In this document: positions 21,306-32,430 of the stretch, one piece after another | Layout: each line of letters starts with the position of its first letter | How positions within the stretch are numbered: position 1 is the stretch's first letter | Program-made: the position numbers and the translations under genes | Notes under the pieces: model-generated | Database searches by the model: none | Told to the model about the DNA's origin: nothing | Seen by the model: only the letters and a program-made list of their open reading frames with translations | NCBI GenBank assembly: GCA_001655205.1 | Contig: LPNZ01003227.1 | Span: 1 to 43,588 of the forward strand | Direction of reading: 5' to 3' | Origin: Lenisia limosa | Lineage: Eukaryota; Protista; Breviatea | DNA length: 43,588 nt

Positions 21306-24300
21306 ATGTCAAGCGTAAGTGGATCTGAACTCTTTGTTGTCTGTATGAATCTAGCAACCAAGGAAAACAGTCTTGATAATTATTCTTTTAGATCAAAGGA
21401 GCAGAAGATTTGGGGGTTTCTGTCCCTCGCTCTACTCGCCTTGTTGTCCGTCAGACCATGGATGTATGGCGAAAATTGGTCTAAACTTCTCATTTTGTTA
21501 GGTGACTGAAGAGCAACGCGCAATGGTCCTCGCTAAGACCAGTTATAATGTCTTTAACTTCCCAGCTCAGGTATATGTGGCAGTAAAAGGGGAGTTGCGC
21601 TTTTATCTTCCACCACATCTGCTAAATTTTTGACATAAGCAGTTTGAAGACGTTTCAGGGGACAGTATAAGCTCGTTGTTGTGATTGAGATTCAATTTTT
21701 TCAGGGAATCTAAAAGTCTCATCTTTCAGCTTCTCAATGTTGATCTTCTGTCTGACTCAGGATCTTCGGCTCTCTGGGACCGCCAGGTATGTGGCAAGTT
21801 CTTTTGATTCGCTTATCTCCTTTTCTCCTCTAATTGTTTTTTTAGTGGGCAACAATGATGCTCGGAGATGAGGTGGGTTATGGGATTTTTTTAGAGAAGA
21901 AAATATGAAATATATTATCCAGGCAACAAAAGATTAGCAACAATCCACCAAAAATGAAGCATTTCTTCCAACTGATCTTAGAAGAAAGAAATGCCCCTCC
22001 CGCATATTTTTTTTTACCAACACACCAGGAAGATAACACTCCTTTTCGAAGATTGGCAGGGTGAGTCTCTCTTTAAAAAATGTGTCTTATCTTACATTTT
22101 CAAGTCTAATCCCAATTTCACAAACCAACGGAACTCGTCCAACTGCGAGCCCAAATATCAGTGTAGGAGCTTTCACTCAACCCACCCAAGGAAAAAAAAA
22201 GACCGTACAATTTTATTGTCTCTTCAAGATACTGGGCAAGTGCATTGGAGGGGGGGGGTGAATTCGTGGAAAACTACTCCTCACTCCTAGGAAAACTACT
22301 CAAAACCCTCCAAAAATTCACTTTCGGGAAAAGTAGCGTATTTGAAAAACTCACTAATACTGAAATATAGTAACGTAGTTTTCCTAGCGAATTCACCGAT
22401 TTGTCTTCTTCTTCTTCGCTATCTCGACCTTTCCATAAGGTCTCGTTTGCTCAGCGAAGAAAATTGCTCGGACTTTGTCCTCGTGGTTTTCTTTTAGGAA
22501 ACAACCCTGAAGTTCCATGTTATTATTTATTAACATGTTGTTGAATAATCTTTACCATTTTACAGTCTTATGGTCGCAACCGTGGCTATTATCTCCTCAT
22601 GGACACCTTCCGTGATGTCTTTGAACGTGGAGATGACAGAAAGAACCTTGTACGTTGGTTTATTTTTGAGAACATATTTTCTTTTAAATTTAAATAATGC
22701 TGGCACAGACAAAATGACGGTCTAGATCCGTAACGCCATGGCCAACGACGAGACTGTGGAGTCCCTTGTAGAGACCGTTCTTGCCCCCAATGAAGGAGGG
22801 TTCGTCAACGGTGGTGAGGCCCAGCTCGAGCGCCCCAACGCCTTCATCACCCCTCAGGTTTGAACAAAGTAATATTCATTTTCTTACACCCCAGGGACGC
22901 TGTGCTGAGTTCCTTCTCTTCAGTTCCATAAAGGAGGTGCTTGAGGAGCGTCACGGTGCTGGAAAGCCTTGGTGCGGGCTCATGTCAGGGTGCTTCGGAC
23001 TAACTTCTTAGGTTCTTCCTTTCCAACGGATGGTTTGACACTACTGGAGCCCATGTTGCCAACGCCGGATTCACCCCCATCAATCTCTTCGACCCCATGA
23101 GCCTTCTTGCTGACTTTGACAAGGACAAGATCTTCACCGAGAATCCCTTCAAGGTGGGCTGATTGTGAAGCGGCTTACATTTCAGGGTAACATGAACACT
23201 GAACTGATGGAGAAGACCATCCTTGAGAAGGGTGCCGAGAACGTGCCCCTTATTGTCCTCACCATCACCAACAACAGTGCTGCCGGACAGCCCGTCTCTC
23301 TGAAGTGGGTTTTCGGCCAAGTTATCTCACTGCATCACCTTCTGACTTGCTAGGAATATGGAAGAAACTTGTCGCATTGCTAAGAAGTACGACATCCCTC
23401 TTTTCTTCGACGCTTGCAGATTCGCTGAAAACGCCTATTTCGTAAGCACATAATGTCAAGGTGCTTGACGTTGTTTTACCTCTTTAGATCAAGAAGTATG
23501 AGGCTGGTTACGATGAGTGGTCCATTGAGAAGATTGTCCAGAAGTGCTTCACCTATGCTGATGGTGCTACTATTTCCCTCAAGAAGGTAGGAACACGGAT
23601 ATTTTGATGACATTCTTAGGACGGAATGGCCAACATTGGCGGTTGCATGTTCTTCAAGGACCGCGGCGTCTTCCACCGCAAGTTCTCCACTGCTACCGTC
23701 GACATCGGCACCCGCATTAAAGAGAAGCAAATCCTTGTTCTTGGCAACGACTCCTACGGCGGTCTCACTGGTCGTGACATCCTCGCCTTAGTAAGTTAGA
23801 TGTTGTCCTAATATCTTAGTCTGTCGGTCTTAACGGTGTAACCAACCTCTCCTACCTCGAAGAAAGAATTGGACTGACTCAGTAGGCGACAAGTTTGGCT
23901 TCTCACAACTTTAGATACACCGCTCATAAGATGGCCACTGCCGGAATCCCCGTTGTTCTCCCTCCTGGTGGTCACGCTCTCTACATCGACTGTGACAAGT
24001 AGGAACCTTCCGTTCTGTCTCATGTGTAGGTTCTTTGAAGGTACCGGTACCAACATCATGGACTTCAAGGGTGTTGGTCTCACCATTGAACTTATTAAGG
24101 TTCGTTTTGCGCTCAAATGATTTCAAATGATTCATCAATACCGAGTTCTGTTTTGACTTGCTAGCGCTATGGTATCCGCGGATGTGAACTGGGGCCCTTC
24201 GCTTTTGAAATTGGTAGGCTACATGAATCCATATGTTGTTAACTTGGGTAGACCAGAAGCCCGAAGACCAGCGTGCAGGCATTTTGAACATTGTCCGTTT

Positions 24301-24614
24301 TGCCATTCCTCGGNNNNNNNNNNNNNNNNNNNNNNNNNNNNNNNNNNNNNNNNNNNNNNNNNNNNNNNNNNNNNNNNNNNNNNNNNNNNNNNNNNNNNNN
24401 NNNNNNNNNNNNNNNNNNNNNNNNNNNNNNNNNNNNNNNNNNNNNNNNNNNNNNNNNNNNNNNNNGCTCTTGCTGAACTCCACCAACACCGTGAAGAGAT
24501 CCCGAAGGTATGGCAGAAGATCCTGATTGGTTCACCCTTAAGGTCCGCATTTCCCGTGGTGAGAAGCTTCGTCTCCGCCACTTCCAGTCCGGACTTGAGC
24601 CCATTTATAATTAG
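21306..24614 (+). CDS. tnaA: Tryptophanase (tryptophan indole-lyase; PLP-dependent beta-eliminating lyase)
   Basis: At least 18 introns splice to [69 protein letters not shown]-lysine motif [47 protein letters not shown] and [15 protein letters not shown]. About 150 nt is lost in an N-gap. Confidence 0.93.
22257..22397. mobile_element. 141-bp MITE-like inverted-repeat element in the 693-nt tryptophanase intron 21873-22565
   Basis: ggtgaattcgtggaaaactac ... gtagttttcctagcgaattcacc form a near-perfect IR; ggaaaactactc is repeated internally; a G-run precedes it. Confidence 0.7.
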
Positions 24615-24966
24615 GTCATCTCATTTCAAATGTATGTATTTATTATGGATTTCCATACCCCTTACAATAATTACCTTACGTAGAAACAAAGTTTTTCTAT
24701 CATTTTATCTCTTATAATAGTGCGAGTAATTATGGTTTTTGTAAAATTTATTTTGAAAGTTTCCAAAATGCTTGTTTTTGGAAAATTTCAAAAAAAGGGT
24801 AAATTTTACAAAAAAAAAACGCACAATAACCCCAAAATGTTATTTTCCAGAACCCGGAGACGTTTTGTTGTTTTGATTTGAGTGAAAGAACGCAGATGAT
24901 TTTATTTGCAGTGCTGTCAAAATTCCACTACATTCTAATGCAGAAAAAACCAAAAAAAAAACCCAA

Positions 24967-27338
24967 CTACACCACTAATGATGTCATCGCCTCCACAGTA
25001 AAGCCGACAGACGACCAAGCCCCAAGCGCGACAAGTGCCACAAGGGCAGGGTGTGTCAGTGCGTCACGTGTGGCTGTGGCGTCACTCAAAATCGCAAACA
25101 AACCTTCAATAAATGAGATTGAACTTGAAATGCCCTTAGACTCTTCGAGAGAGATTTCCATAACAGACGCTGCCATTGCCGTTAAAAAGGCAAGAGCCAC
25201 GCATCCAACCCAAGTGGTCTAAAGAAGTAAGCACTTTTAGCCTTTACAAGATGAAGTAACAAAGTAATAAGTAAGCAGTCCTCTTTCCCTCCAACAACAA
25301 GGCTGTAGAAAGCCGCAATAGCAACAACAAAGACAGCTAAGACCTGTGTTGTGAGAATTACAAATAATCAACTCCTAACAACATACAATTCCAATTCCTC
25401 CCAAGATGACAGCAAAGTCATTTTCTTCACACAAATGAGCAATTGTCGAAACAGCGTTGAGTTGTCTAGCAGATTACTATTTTGATGGTAAGGAACAAAC
25501 TGTGGGAAAACGAGAGGTTTGGGTCTTTCAAGCTTTAGGGCAGCCCTCCGCTCAGTCCGCATTTTCTTCTTGTCAGTTCTGATTTTCCAGGCTGCTGACA
25601 CTCCTGAACAATAATTTTTCGTCCAAAAGCCTAACATACCAGTGGCCATTGCTTTGGTACGGCCAATAAGGCCATCTTCAAGAGCCTCTTTAGTTCTTGA
25701 CATCATAGTCTCCATCACCGCCTTGGTGCGGTCTTCTAACGTAACTTTGGGCGACTTTGGCGTTTTGAGTCTCTGCATTGGGCTTGTTGGTGCGAGGGGG
25801 ACGCCAACAGAGGGTCGGCGCTACAGAATAAGCTCATATATTTTCTTTCAAACTTGTCTCTTTTTCTGGCTTGCAGATTGAGCTGTTTTGATAGCAATTG
25901 AAGACCAAAGTTCCTAATACGTTACAACCAAATCGTATTTTGACAAAAATGAGAAAATATAAAGGTGTTCATTTTTTATGTCAAAAAAAAGTCAAAAAAA
26001 AAAAAAAAAAAANNNNNNNNNNNNNNNNNNNNNNNNNNNNNNNNNNNNNNNNNNNNNNNNNNNNNNNNNNNNNNNNNNNNNNNNNNNNNNNNNNNNNNNN
26101 NNNNNNNNNNNNNNNNNNNNNNNNNNNNNNNNNNNNNNNNNNNNNNNNNNNNNNNNNNNNNNNNNGACCTAGGGAATCAGTAACAGGGAACTCACTATTA
26201 CCTTTCAAGATCATCCTCCTCAGGGGCATTTTCGATAGGAGCTGAAGTGGCAGTCTGCTCTTCTTCTAGAGTGCTGCCAGCAGCTATGACTGGTTCTTCA
26301 AGTGATTTGGCAGAGGGGGGAGCTTCCTTCTCACCCATAACTGGTTCATCATCTTCATCCTTACCCGAATCCTTCTCATCATCAGAGCCCTTCTCATCAT
26401 CAGAGCTTTCCAGCTGCTCATCAAGCTCAGCTGCCCGCTTCTGTCTTTCTTCTTCCTGTTGCCTTTCCTCCTCTAATTTTTTCTCTTCTTGGGCCTACAA
26501 TTATAATGAAATAGTCGGCTCAAACCTCTTCTTCAATTTTCTGAAGTTTTTCTTCATGCTCTCTCTTGGCAGCAATTTCAGCCGCTGTTTGCTCAATCAT
26601 AGCGTGAGTTTCCTCTGCCTTTGTTTCGTCTAATAACCTTTGGCGCTCTTTAAAGAACTCTGCTTCTTGCTCATCTTCAATCTAATGTCCGTTAAATGTT
26701 TAATTGTGCTCACCTTGTCAATGATATCCAACTGGGCCATTAAATCAGCTTCCATCACGTCAACTCTGGCTGAAGTCGTCAGTAACATTCAAACTGGTCT
26801 TACCATTTTCGTACTCAGTCATTGTAGAGAGGAGAGAAGCAGCGAAGTGGTTTCCATTTCTAAAGAGTTAAATTGGACTTGAAAAACATACCTTCTCAAG
26901 TCAGAGTAAGGGGTGCCATCCCATGAGATTTTAAGATGGCTCACAAGTTCTGACAATTCGTTGCGGTCCATGTTTACCTCTCCCAAATGGATACGTTCGC
27001 TTAAAGGTCAATATAATCACTTCTTACGTAGCTACAAAACCGGAGTCCGTAAGGTAGTTGTCACTTGCAGTAGCCATTGTAATGATGCTACAATGCTGAT
27101 TGATAAACTAATTGGAGAAGATGAACTCACCCCATCAATGTTAACACAGACATATTCACGTTTATGGCAGACAACTGAAGCCAACTTCACTCGTTGTCCT
27201 CCAATAACCTGAGTCATATGAATCTCCAGAGGATTACACTTAACCAACATTCTTTTGAAGGGTCAGAGCGAAATTACTTGAAATCGAATTTTCATTAAAG
27301 TACAAAAGAGGGTAGTTTTCAGGAGCTTCATAAACCAT
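24967..27338 (-). CDS. PPPDE/DeSI-fold protein lacking both catalytic residues, with acidic coiled coil and C-terminal transmembrane segments
   Basis: MVYEAPENYPLL...VIGGQRVKLASVVCHKREY...ERIHLGEVNM...LKISWDGTPYSDLRRNGNHFAASLL aligns by eye to DeSI (H-T-S-I-V-V, D/E-LG, Y-x-L-x-x-N-C-N-H/T-F). An E/K-rich helix follows, then after the N-gap hydrophobic exons (VILGGIGI|VLAVFVVAIAAFYSLVV, WVGCVALAFLTAMAA, ALVALVALGAWSSVG). The join across the gap is inferred. Confidence 0.72.
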
Positions 27339-27431
27339 CTAATTTTCCATTAAAAAAAAAACAATAATTCGATTCAATCCAAAAGGAATATCTGCAAATT
27401 ATCTTCATCACATAATATTTGTTTTGCTTTG

Positions 27432-28430
27432 TTATTTTATAATGTAGATAGAGCTTACAATATAAACATGGGGGTGGCTGATCTCGCCATTTTCGTCCTC
27501 CTCCTCCCCACTGTCCCCAGAGCGAAGAGCTCCAAGTGGATTAACCACCGCCTTTCCAACTGTTGTGATTCCTGTTGTTATGAAAAACACAAACGCAGTT
27601 CATTTAGCCATAAATTCAAACAAACCTTTTCCAACTCCTTTTACTCCTTTACCAACGCCCTTTCCGACACCCTGAATGATAAAAATAGGTTTCAATCCTC
27701 TTACCATTACTCCTTTTCCGACTCCTTTCCCCATGCCTTTTGCAAAGCCACCTGCTTTTCCAAACATTCCTTTCTTTTTTTGAACTACAACTTATTAGAA
27801 CAACATCCTTCAGTCTCTACAACCCGTCTACCTTCTGCTTCAAGTTCCTCTGACTCTTCTGGTGTTTCATTTTCTGAAATATTACTTGCTACACACTCAC
27901 CATTTTCAGGTCCTGGAAGAGGGCTTTGAGGATGTCCACCTCCAAGGCAACCGCCAGACTTCCTTTTGTGTTTCTTTTCTTCTTCTTTCCGTTTCTTCTC
28001 TTCCTCCTTTGTTTTTTTAGCATCTTCTTTCGCCTTTTTCTTGGCATCTTCTTTTTCCTACCATTTTTATTTGGAAAGATTTTTTAAAAGACAATGGACA
28101 GCAGAGTTTCATTATTTACCCTCAACCGTCCATTATTTTTGATCATAATATGAGATGAGAAATAAAACAAGGTTGTATCTGACCAAAGCCTATCACGCTT
28201 ATAAGAGATATTGGATTAGTATTACTTATATTAATTTACCCAATCATTTGCGTTACAATACCCATAATACTGAGAGCTGCAGGGGCTGGGTCATGGGACA
28301 NNNNNNNNNNNNNNNNNNNNNNNNNNNNNNNNNNNNNNNNNNNNNNNNNNNNNNNNNNNNNNNNNNNNNNNNNNNNNNNNNNNNNNNNNTGAAGCTTTCG
28401 AGCAGCTTTCTCTTCCTTAGTTTCGCCCAT
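27432..28430 (-). CDS. Low-complexity hypothetical protein (KE-rich segment plus GVGK repeats); 5' end uncertain, exons at 28500-28890 may belong to it
   Basis: Phase-consistent exons EKEDAKKKAKEDAKK...PGPEN|ENETPEESEE...|VQKKKGMFGKAGGFAKGMGKGVGKGVM|GVGKGVGKGVKGVGK|GITTVGKAVVNPLG. An N-gap lies at 28301-28389. Confidence 0.6.
28155..28258 (+). repeat. Dispersed repeat family B, copy 2, at the 5' end of a minus-strand intron (about 28058-28256)
   Basis: Collinear homology with 18498-18599, including a 31-nt block with 3 mismatches. Confidence 0.88.
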
Positions 28431-29123
28431 GCTGAAAGCCCTTCAGTCACAGATTCTTCTGTTTCTCTCTGTATGTTTAGATAAATCGATATTTCTATAA
28501 ATCAATAACAACTTTTTTATGTTTCGACAAAATGAGTGTTTTTTGATTTGCCATGTTGCTGTTAACCAACGAAACTGCTAAATCAGGTAAGTTTGCCCTG
28601 AGTGGAAATCCAATATCAAAAACAGTCCCATCCAAGACTTACCAAAAGTGGCATAATGATGATGGATCTCCTGTTGTCGGTCCACTTCTACTTCCTTTTT
28701 TTCGGCCTGGTAGAGGACCACTGCGACATCCCCCTTGCTGCCCGGCGCGGATCGCTGGCGGAGGCGAGAGAGCTGCGAGAGACAAAACTAACAACATACT
28801 ACAGGCGATAAACAGGAGGGAAACTGGGAAACTCGGAAGTGGAACGCTGCGTATCGGCTCGACCGCGGTCGGTGAAAACCAACGCAAAACAAACCCCTTT
28901 GCCCGGCGCCCCTGCTAGCCAGCGCCCCAAATTTGACACTTTCTTCCTTCCTTTCTTCAACTCTTCATCAACACTACAAACCAACCACAAACCACCACCA
29001 CACTCCCGTGACACTCCCCCACCACACCACACACACTCTCTGTCTGTTCCTTGCAGGTCCCTTGTGTTGTGTGTTGGTCCCTTGTGCTCTTGTCAAGCCA
29101 TTGTTATTTATAGCACATAAAAG

Positions 29124-31647
29124 ATGCCAACAACCATCACGAACATTGTTTACACTGGACCGATTCCTCCTTCAGATTTTTCAAATCAATCGCTAACATC
29201 ATCTTCAAGCGTCAATCATCTTGCCTCTGCTATTTCAGCCAGTTCTTCGTCGATAGCATCATGCTCACAGCCAAGGTCTAGACCATCGTAGGAAAATAAA
29301 CCTGTTGATTGAGTAGGTCGTCAACACAATCTTCAAAACAGAAGCAGAAAAAAAAAAAGCAAGTCTATACTGAAAAGGTATTATTACCAGTTCTGCTCGA
29401 TAATTACATCCAGGAGATTCAGTTCCGCAAACGCTCGGTTGAAGCTAGTGGTGGTTTGAAACCAGACTCTGCTATCGTAGATCTCACGTCCCTCTTGAGC
29501 CCATGTGGAGACATTGAAACTATTAAGTCAGAATGGTTAGCTGAGGCTAGAAAGTGTAAATATTCTAGTAAGTCATATCCATAATATGACCAACTGGATG
29601 TAAACCGAGTTTCTCATTTATATCTTCAGGAGAGACTGTAATAAAAAACAAGGGTTGCGAAGCCTCGTCTACATCGTTACTTTTGTCGACCAAGATTCGG
29701 TTGAGGTATGCAATCATTTGTAAACTTACACATAGAATGCACTCTTTTTAGATGGTGTTGAAGTTGCTACAGATGAAGTGCTGTCGCTTTCACGGCTTCC
29801 TCTCACAATCCCGGCATCGTTACCGCAGATATCATCTCAACCACCACGCAGCAAACCATCAGATAAACCTGTTCAGGAGAAAGAAACTCGTTGGTACTTT
29901 GATTGGTTATTTTAACTTTATAGAGCCTTCACAGCATTTTAGACGTAAGCCGAATCCAGGTGAAATAATAAACCCTACAGGCGGACAGGCGTCAAAACCA
30001 ATGAAAAAAGGAACAAAAACTCCAGTCCCGTCAAGCTTAACGAAGGAACAGAAGCTCTTGGATGCAGCCGCTGGTAATGATGATGAAAAGGTGAGGATAT
30101 TTTAGATTCATCAATGTTACCATTATGAAAGCGGGTCTCATTCAGTAGGTTGTACGATTAGTCGAACTTGGTGCTTCAACAACCTGTACTGACAGCTTTG
30201 GCTTTACTCCGTTGCATTATGTTGCACATTCTGGGAACAATGTTAATGTGGGGAAAGCTCACACAAGGACAATTTTCTTTTGTTCCTATTGCATTATTAA
30301 CTCTCTAGCTTGCCGAATTTCTGCTTGAAGAAGGTAAGAGAAAAAAATATATCATAGTATATAGTATATGCATATATATTATTTCTCATTGCATTATCTT
30401 TATAATATATGTATAGTGACCAGGGTAAGTCTTGACTGATTTTTTACGTGATTTCCCAAGGAAAATCGGTCAAGACTTATCCTGGTCACTGTATATATGA
30501 TATCATATGTATAAATTGTATATGATATATCGTTTATTATACATATGATATTATTTATCATATACTTCAATATAAAGGACGTACATATTATATGTAATAT
30601 ATACTAGTATATAATATGATATGTCTTTAGTTATTTTGCTCAAAAAGCGTTTATCTTTTTGGAGCATGTCACATATCCTATTCAGCTTCGTATTCAGAGC
30701 CGAAAAACTTTTAGATGTTGAGGAATAATGAGTTATGCCACCTCCGTTGAAGGGTTTAGCTAAGTTCAAAAAAGTCTTATGTTAATATATTTGCTTCATG
30801 CTGTTTGAGCTAAGGCCATAGTATACTGAACTGTTATAGGTTCTTGGATTTGGCTTAAGTCATTAGGTGCAAGGGCAGATCTTCCAGACCGATACAACTA
30901 CACTGCTCTTCACCGGTGAGTTTAATGTCTTTTGGTCAGATTCAGAAGCCCCTGTCTTATTAAATAGAGCATGTTTATCTGGACAAATGCCAATGATACG
31001 GCTTATCGCAAGGTACTGTGACGACTTAACAATGGCTTCAGTCAGGTATGGTTACTTTTTAGGAGTTATTATTACATTACCCTTACTTGCTTGACGTTAC
31101 AAAATTAGTCCAATTTTACCAAGAGATTGTTGCCAGAAGGCATCTCTGAGAACAGCCTTTTCTGGTAAGAATGGAGCAGGTGATTTATGCCATGTCACAT
31201 TGCTTGCCTTTTCGTATTGCTCACATTTTTGTTAAATGTGCCATTTGTTCTTTAGAATGCTGTGATGCGTTTTTTAAAAAAAGGTAACAGTCCAGTTTTT
31301 CAGTTTGATTATTACGACAAGGGGAATAATAAGCACTCAGAGAAGATGTCACAAAGGTTTCAGCCCTTACAACTCATCAATAGCACTCTTCCCTTCTTTT
31401 TAGTCGTACGATAGTGATAAATTTATCACCATCTTGTGTTCAATAAAACAACTTACCAAACAACAAAAACCTGCCTGAAAGTTCCTCAAAAAACGTGCAC
31501 ATATTTAACGGAAGTTACTTCTAATCTGCGTAGTTTGCTGTTGATCCTGTAGAATTGGAAGCAGAGTTCAAGAGGCACCGAAACCCCTCTGGCGTTGATG
31601 ATAGCGTTGTCGCTTTGGCTTTAGCGGCAGCAGGAACACAAACCTGA
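29124..31647 (+). CDS. Ankyrin-repeat protein with Ser/Pro-rich N-terminus; 3' end tentative
   Basis: KEQKLLDAAAGNDDEK|VVRLVELGASTTCTDSFGFTPLHYVAHSGNNVN|LAEFLLEE|GARADLPDRYNYTALHR|ACLSGQMPMIRLIA: TPLH/TALH ankyrin motifs across phase-consistent introns. Confidence 0.72.
30407..30498. mobile_element. Foldback hairpin element (family C, copy 1) in the 533-nt ankyrin-gene intron 30334-30866
   Basis: 37-bp arms atatgtatagtgaccagggtaagtcttgactgatttt / aaaatcggtcaagacttatcctggtcactgtatatat (4 mismatches) with an approximately 18-nt spacer. Confidence 0.8.
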
Positions 31648-31815
31648 GGCTGACTCCAAAGAAATTTTCATATTCCTTGAGAACCGTGGCCAAATTGAAT
31701 CCTCTTGGTAACTTCGTTTTTTTGTTTTTTTTCTTAATTCTCATCAATATTTATGTTATTTATGGTTATTTGGTTCTACATATCATTGCATTTGTATTTC
31801 TCATTTCTATATATC

Positions 31816-31930
31816 ATATGTATAGTCAAAGCTCCGGACATCATTCAAAATTAACCGGGACTTTTGATGTGTCCGGTGAGCTGAGGACCACAAGTGTGGT
31901 AGGTCAAGGCTTATCCCGGTCACTGTATAT
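31816..31930. mobile_element. Family C related copy, intergenic
   Basis: Begins atatgtatagt and ends ggtcaaggcttatcccggtcactgtatat, matching the right arm of 30407-30498. A different internal hairpin (gctccggacatca / tgatgtgtccggtgagc) replaces most of the left arm. Confidence 0.7.
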
Positions 31931-32430
31931 CATTGCAGAGTCACAATAACCAACAAAGAACAAGACGCGGGTGGTCATTCTAACAGAGGCAATTAGTATC
32001 ATGCGAAATATTTGGGCATTTGGGGGACATGAGTACCCTCCTCGATGAGACACCGCCTTGTGACTTGTGGGTACAAGTAATACAGTCTGCTCTCATGCTC
32101 TCGGTCTTCGTGAGGTGGTTGGTTCTCAAGGGGTCAGCATTAGGTCAGCAGAAGGAAAGCATGGGTAGTATAAGAAAGGTAAAAGAGATATACCCATGGA
32201 AGGAAGACTCTGGATCAAGAAATACACCGATATAAGTTTTCCCGGGCCTGGCTTGGGCTATGGACTTTGTGTAACTTTATACACAACCCCATGGCTGGGA
32301 TGTGGTTCAGATTTTTCTCTATTAATTCCCCTTATCTTTTTAATTTATTTAGCTAGCTTGAGTAGAACTGAATAATAATAAACGAGTCCCAGCTGCTTAT
32401 TAGGGATTTTTATACATTTCCATTTTTCCA

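Noticed and set aside
21306-24614. Tyrosine phenol-lyase
   Set aside because: Lacks the TPL Arg381 and Phe448 equivalents; it has Leu and His as in tryptophanase.
2980-24614. Peroxidase plus tryptophanase as an indole-oxidation gene cluster
   Set aside because: They are 16 kb apart and separated by unrelated genes including RFC1; no shared regulation is evident.
12388-26633. Long F/L/S-rich ORFs (12388-13104 -, 17851-18320 +, 26247-26633 +)
   Set aside because: They are reverse complements of E/K-rich exons on the opposite strand.
31410-31433. 24-bp near-perfect palindrome gatagtgataaatttatcaccatc
   Set aside because: Single occurrence, probably within a 3' exon of the ankyrin gene, and no supporting context.
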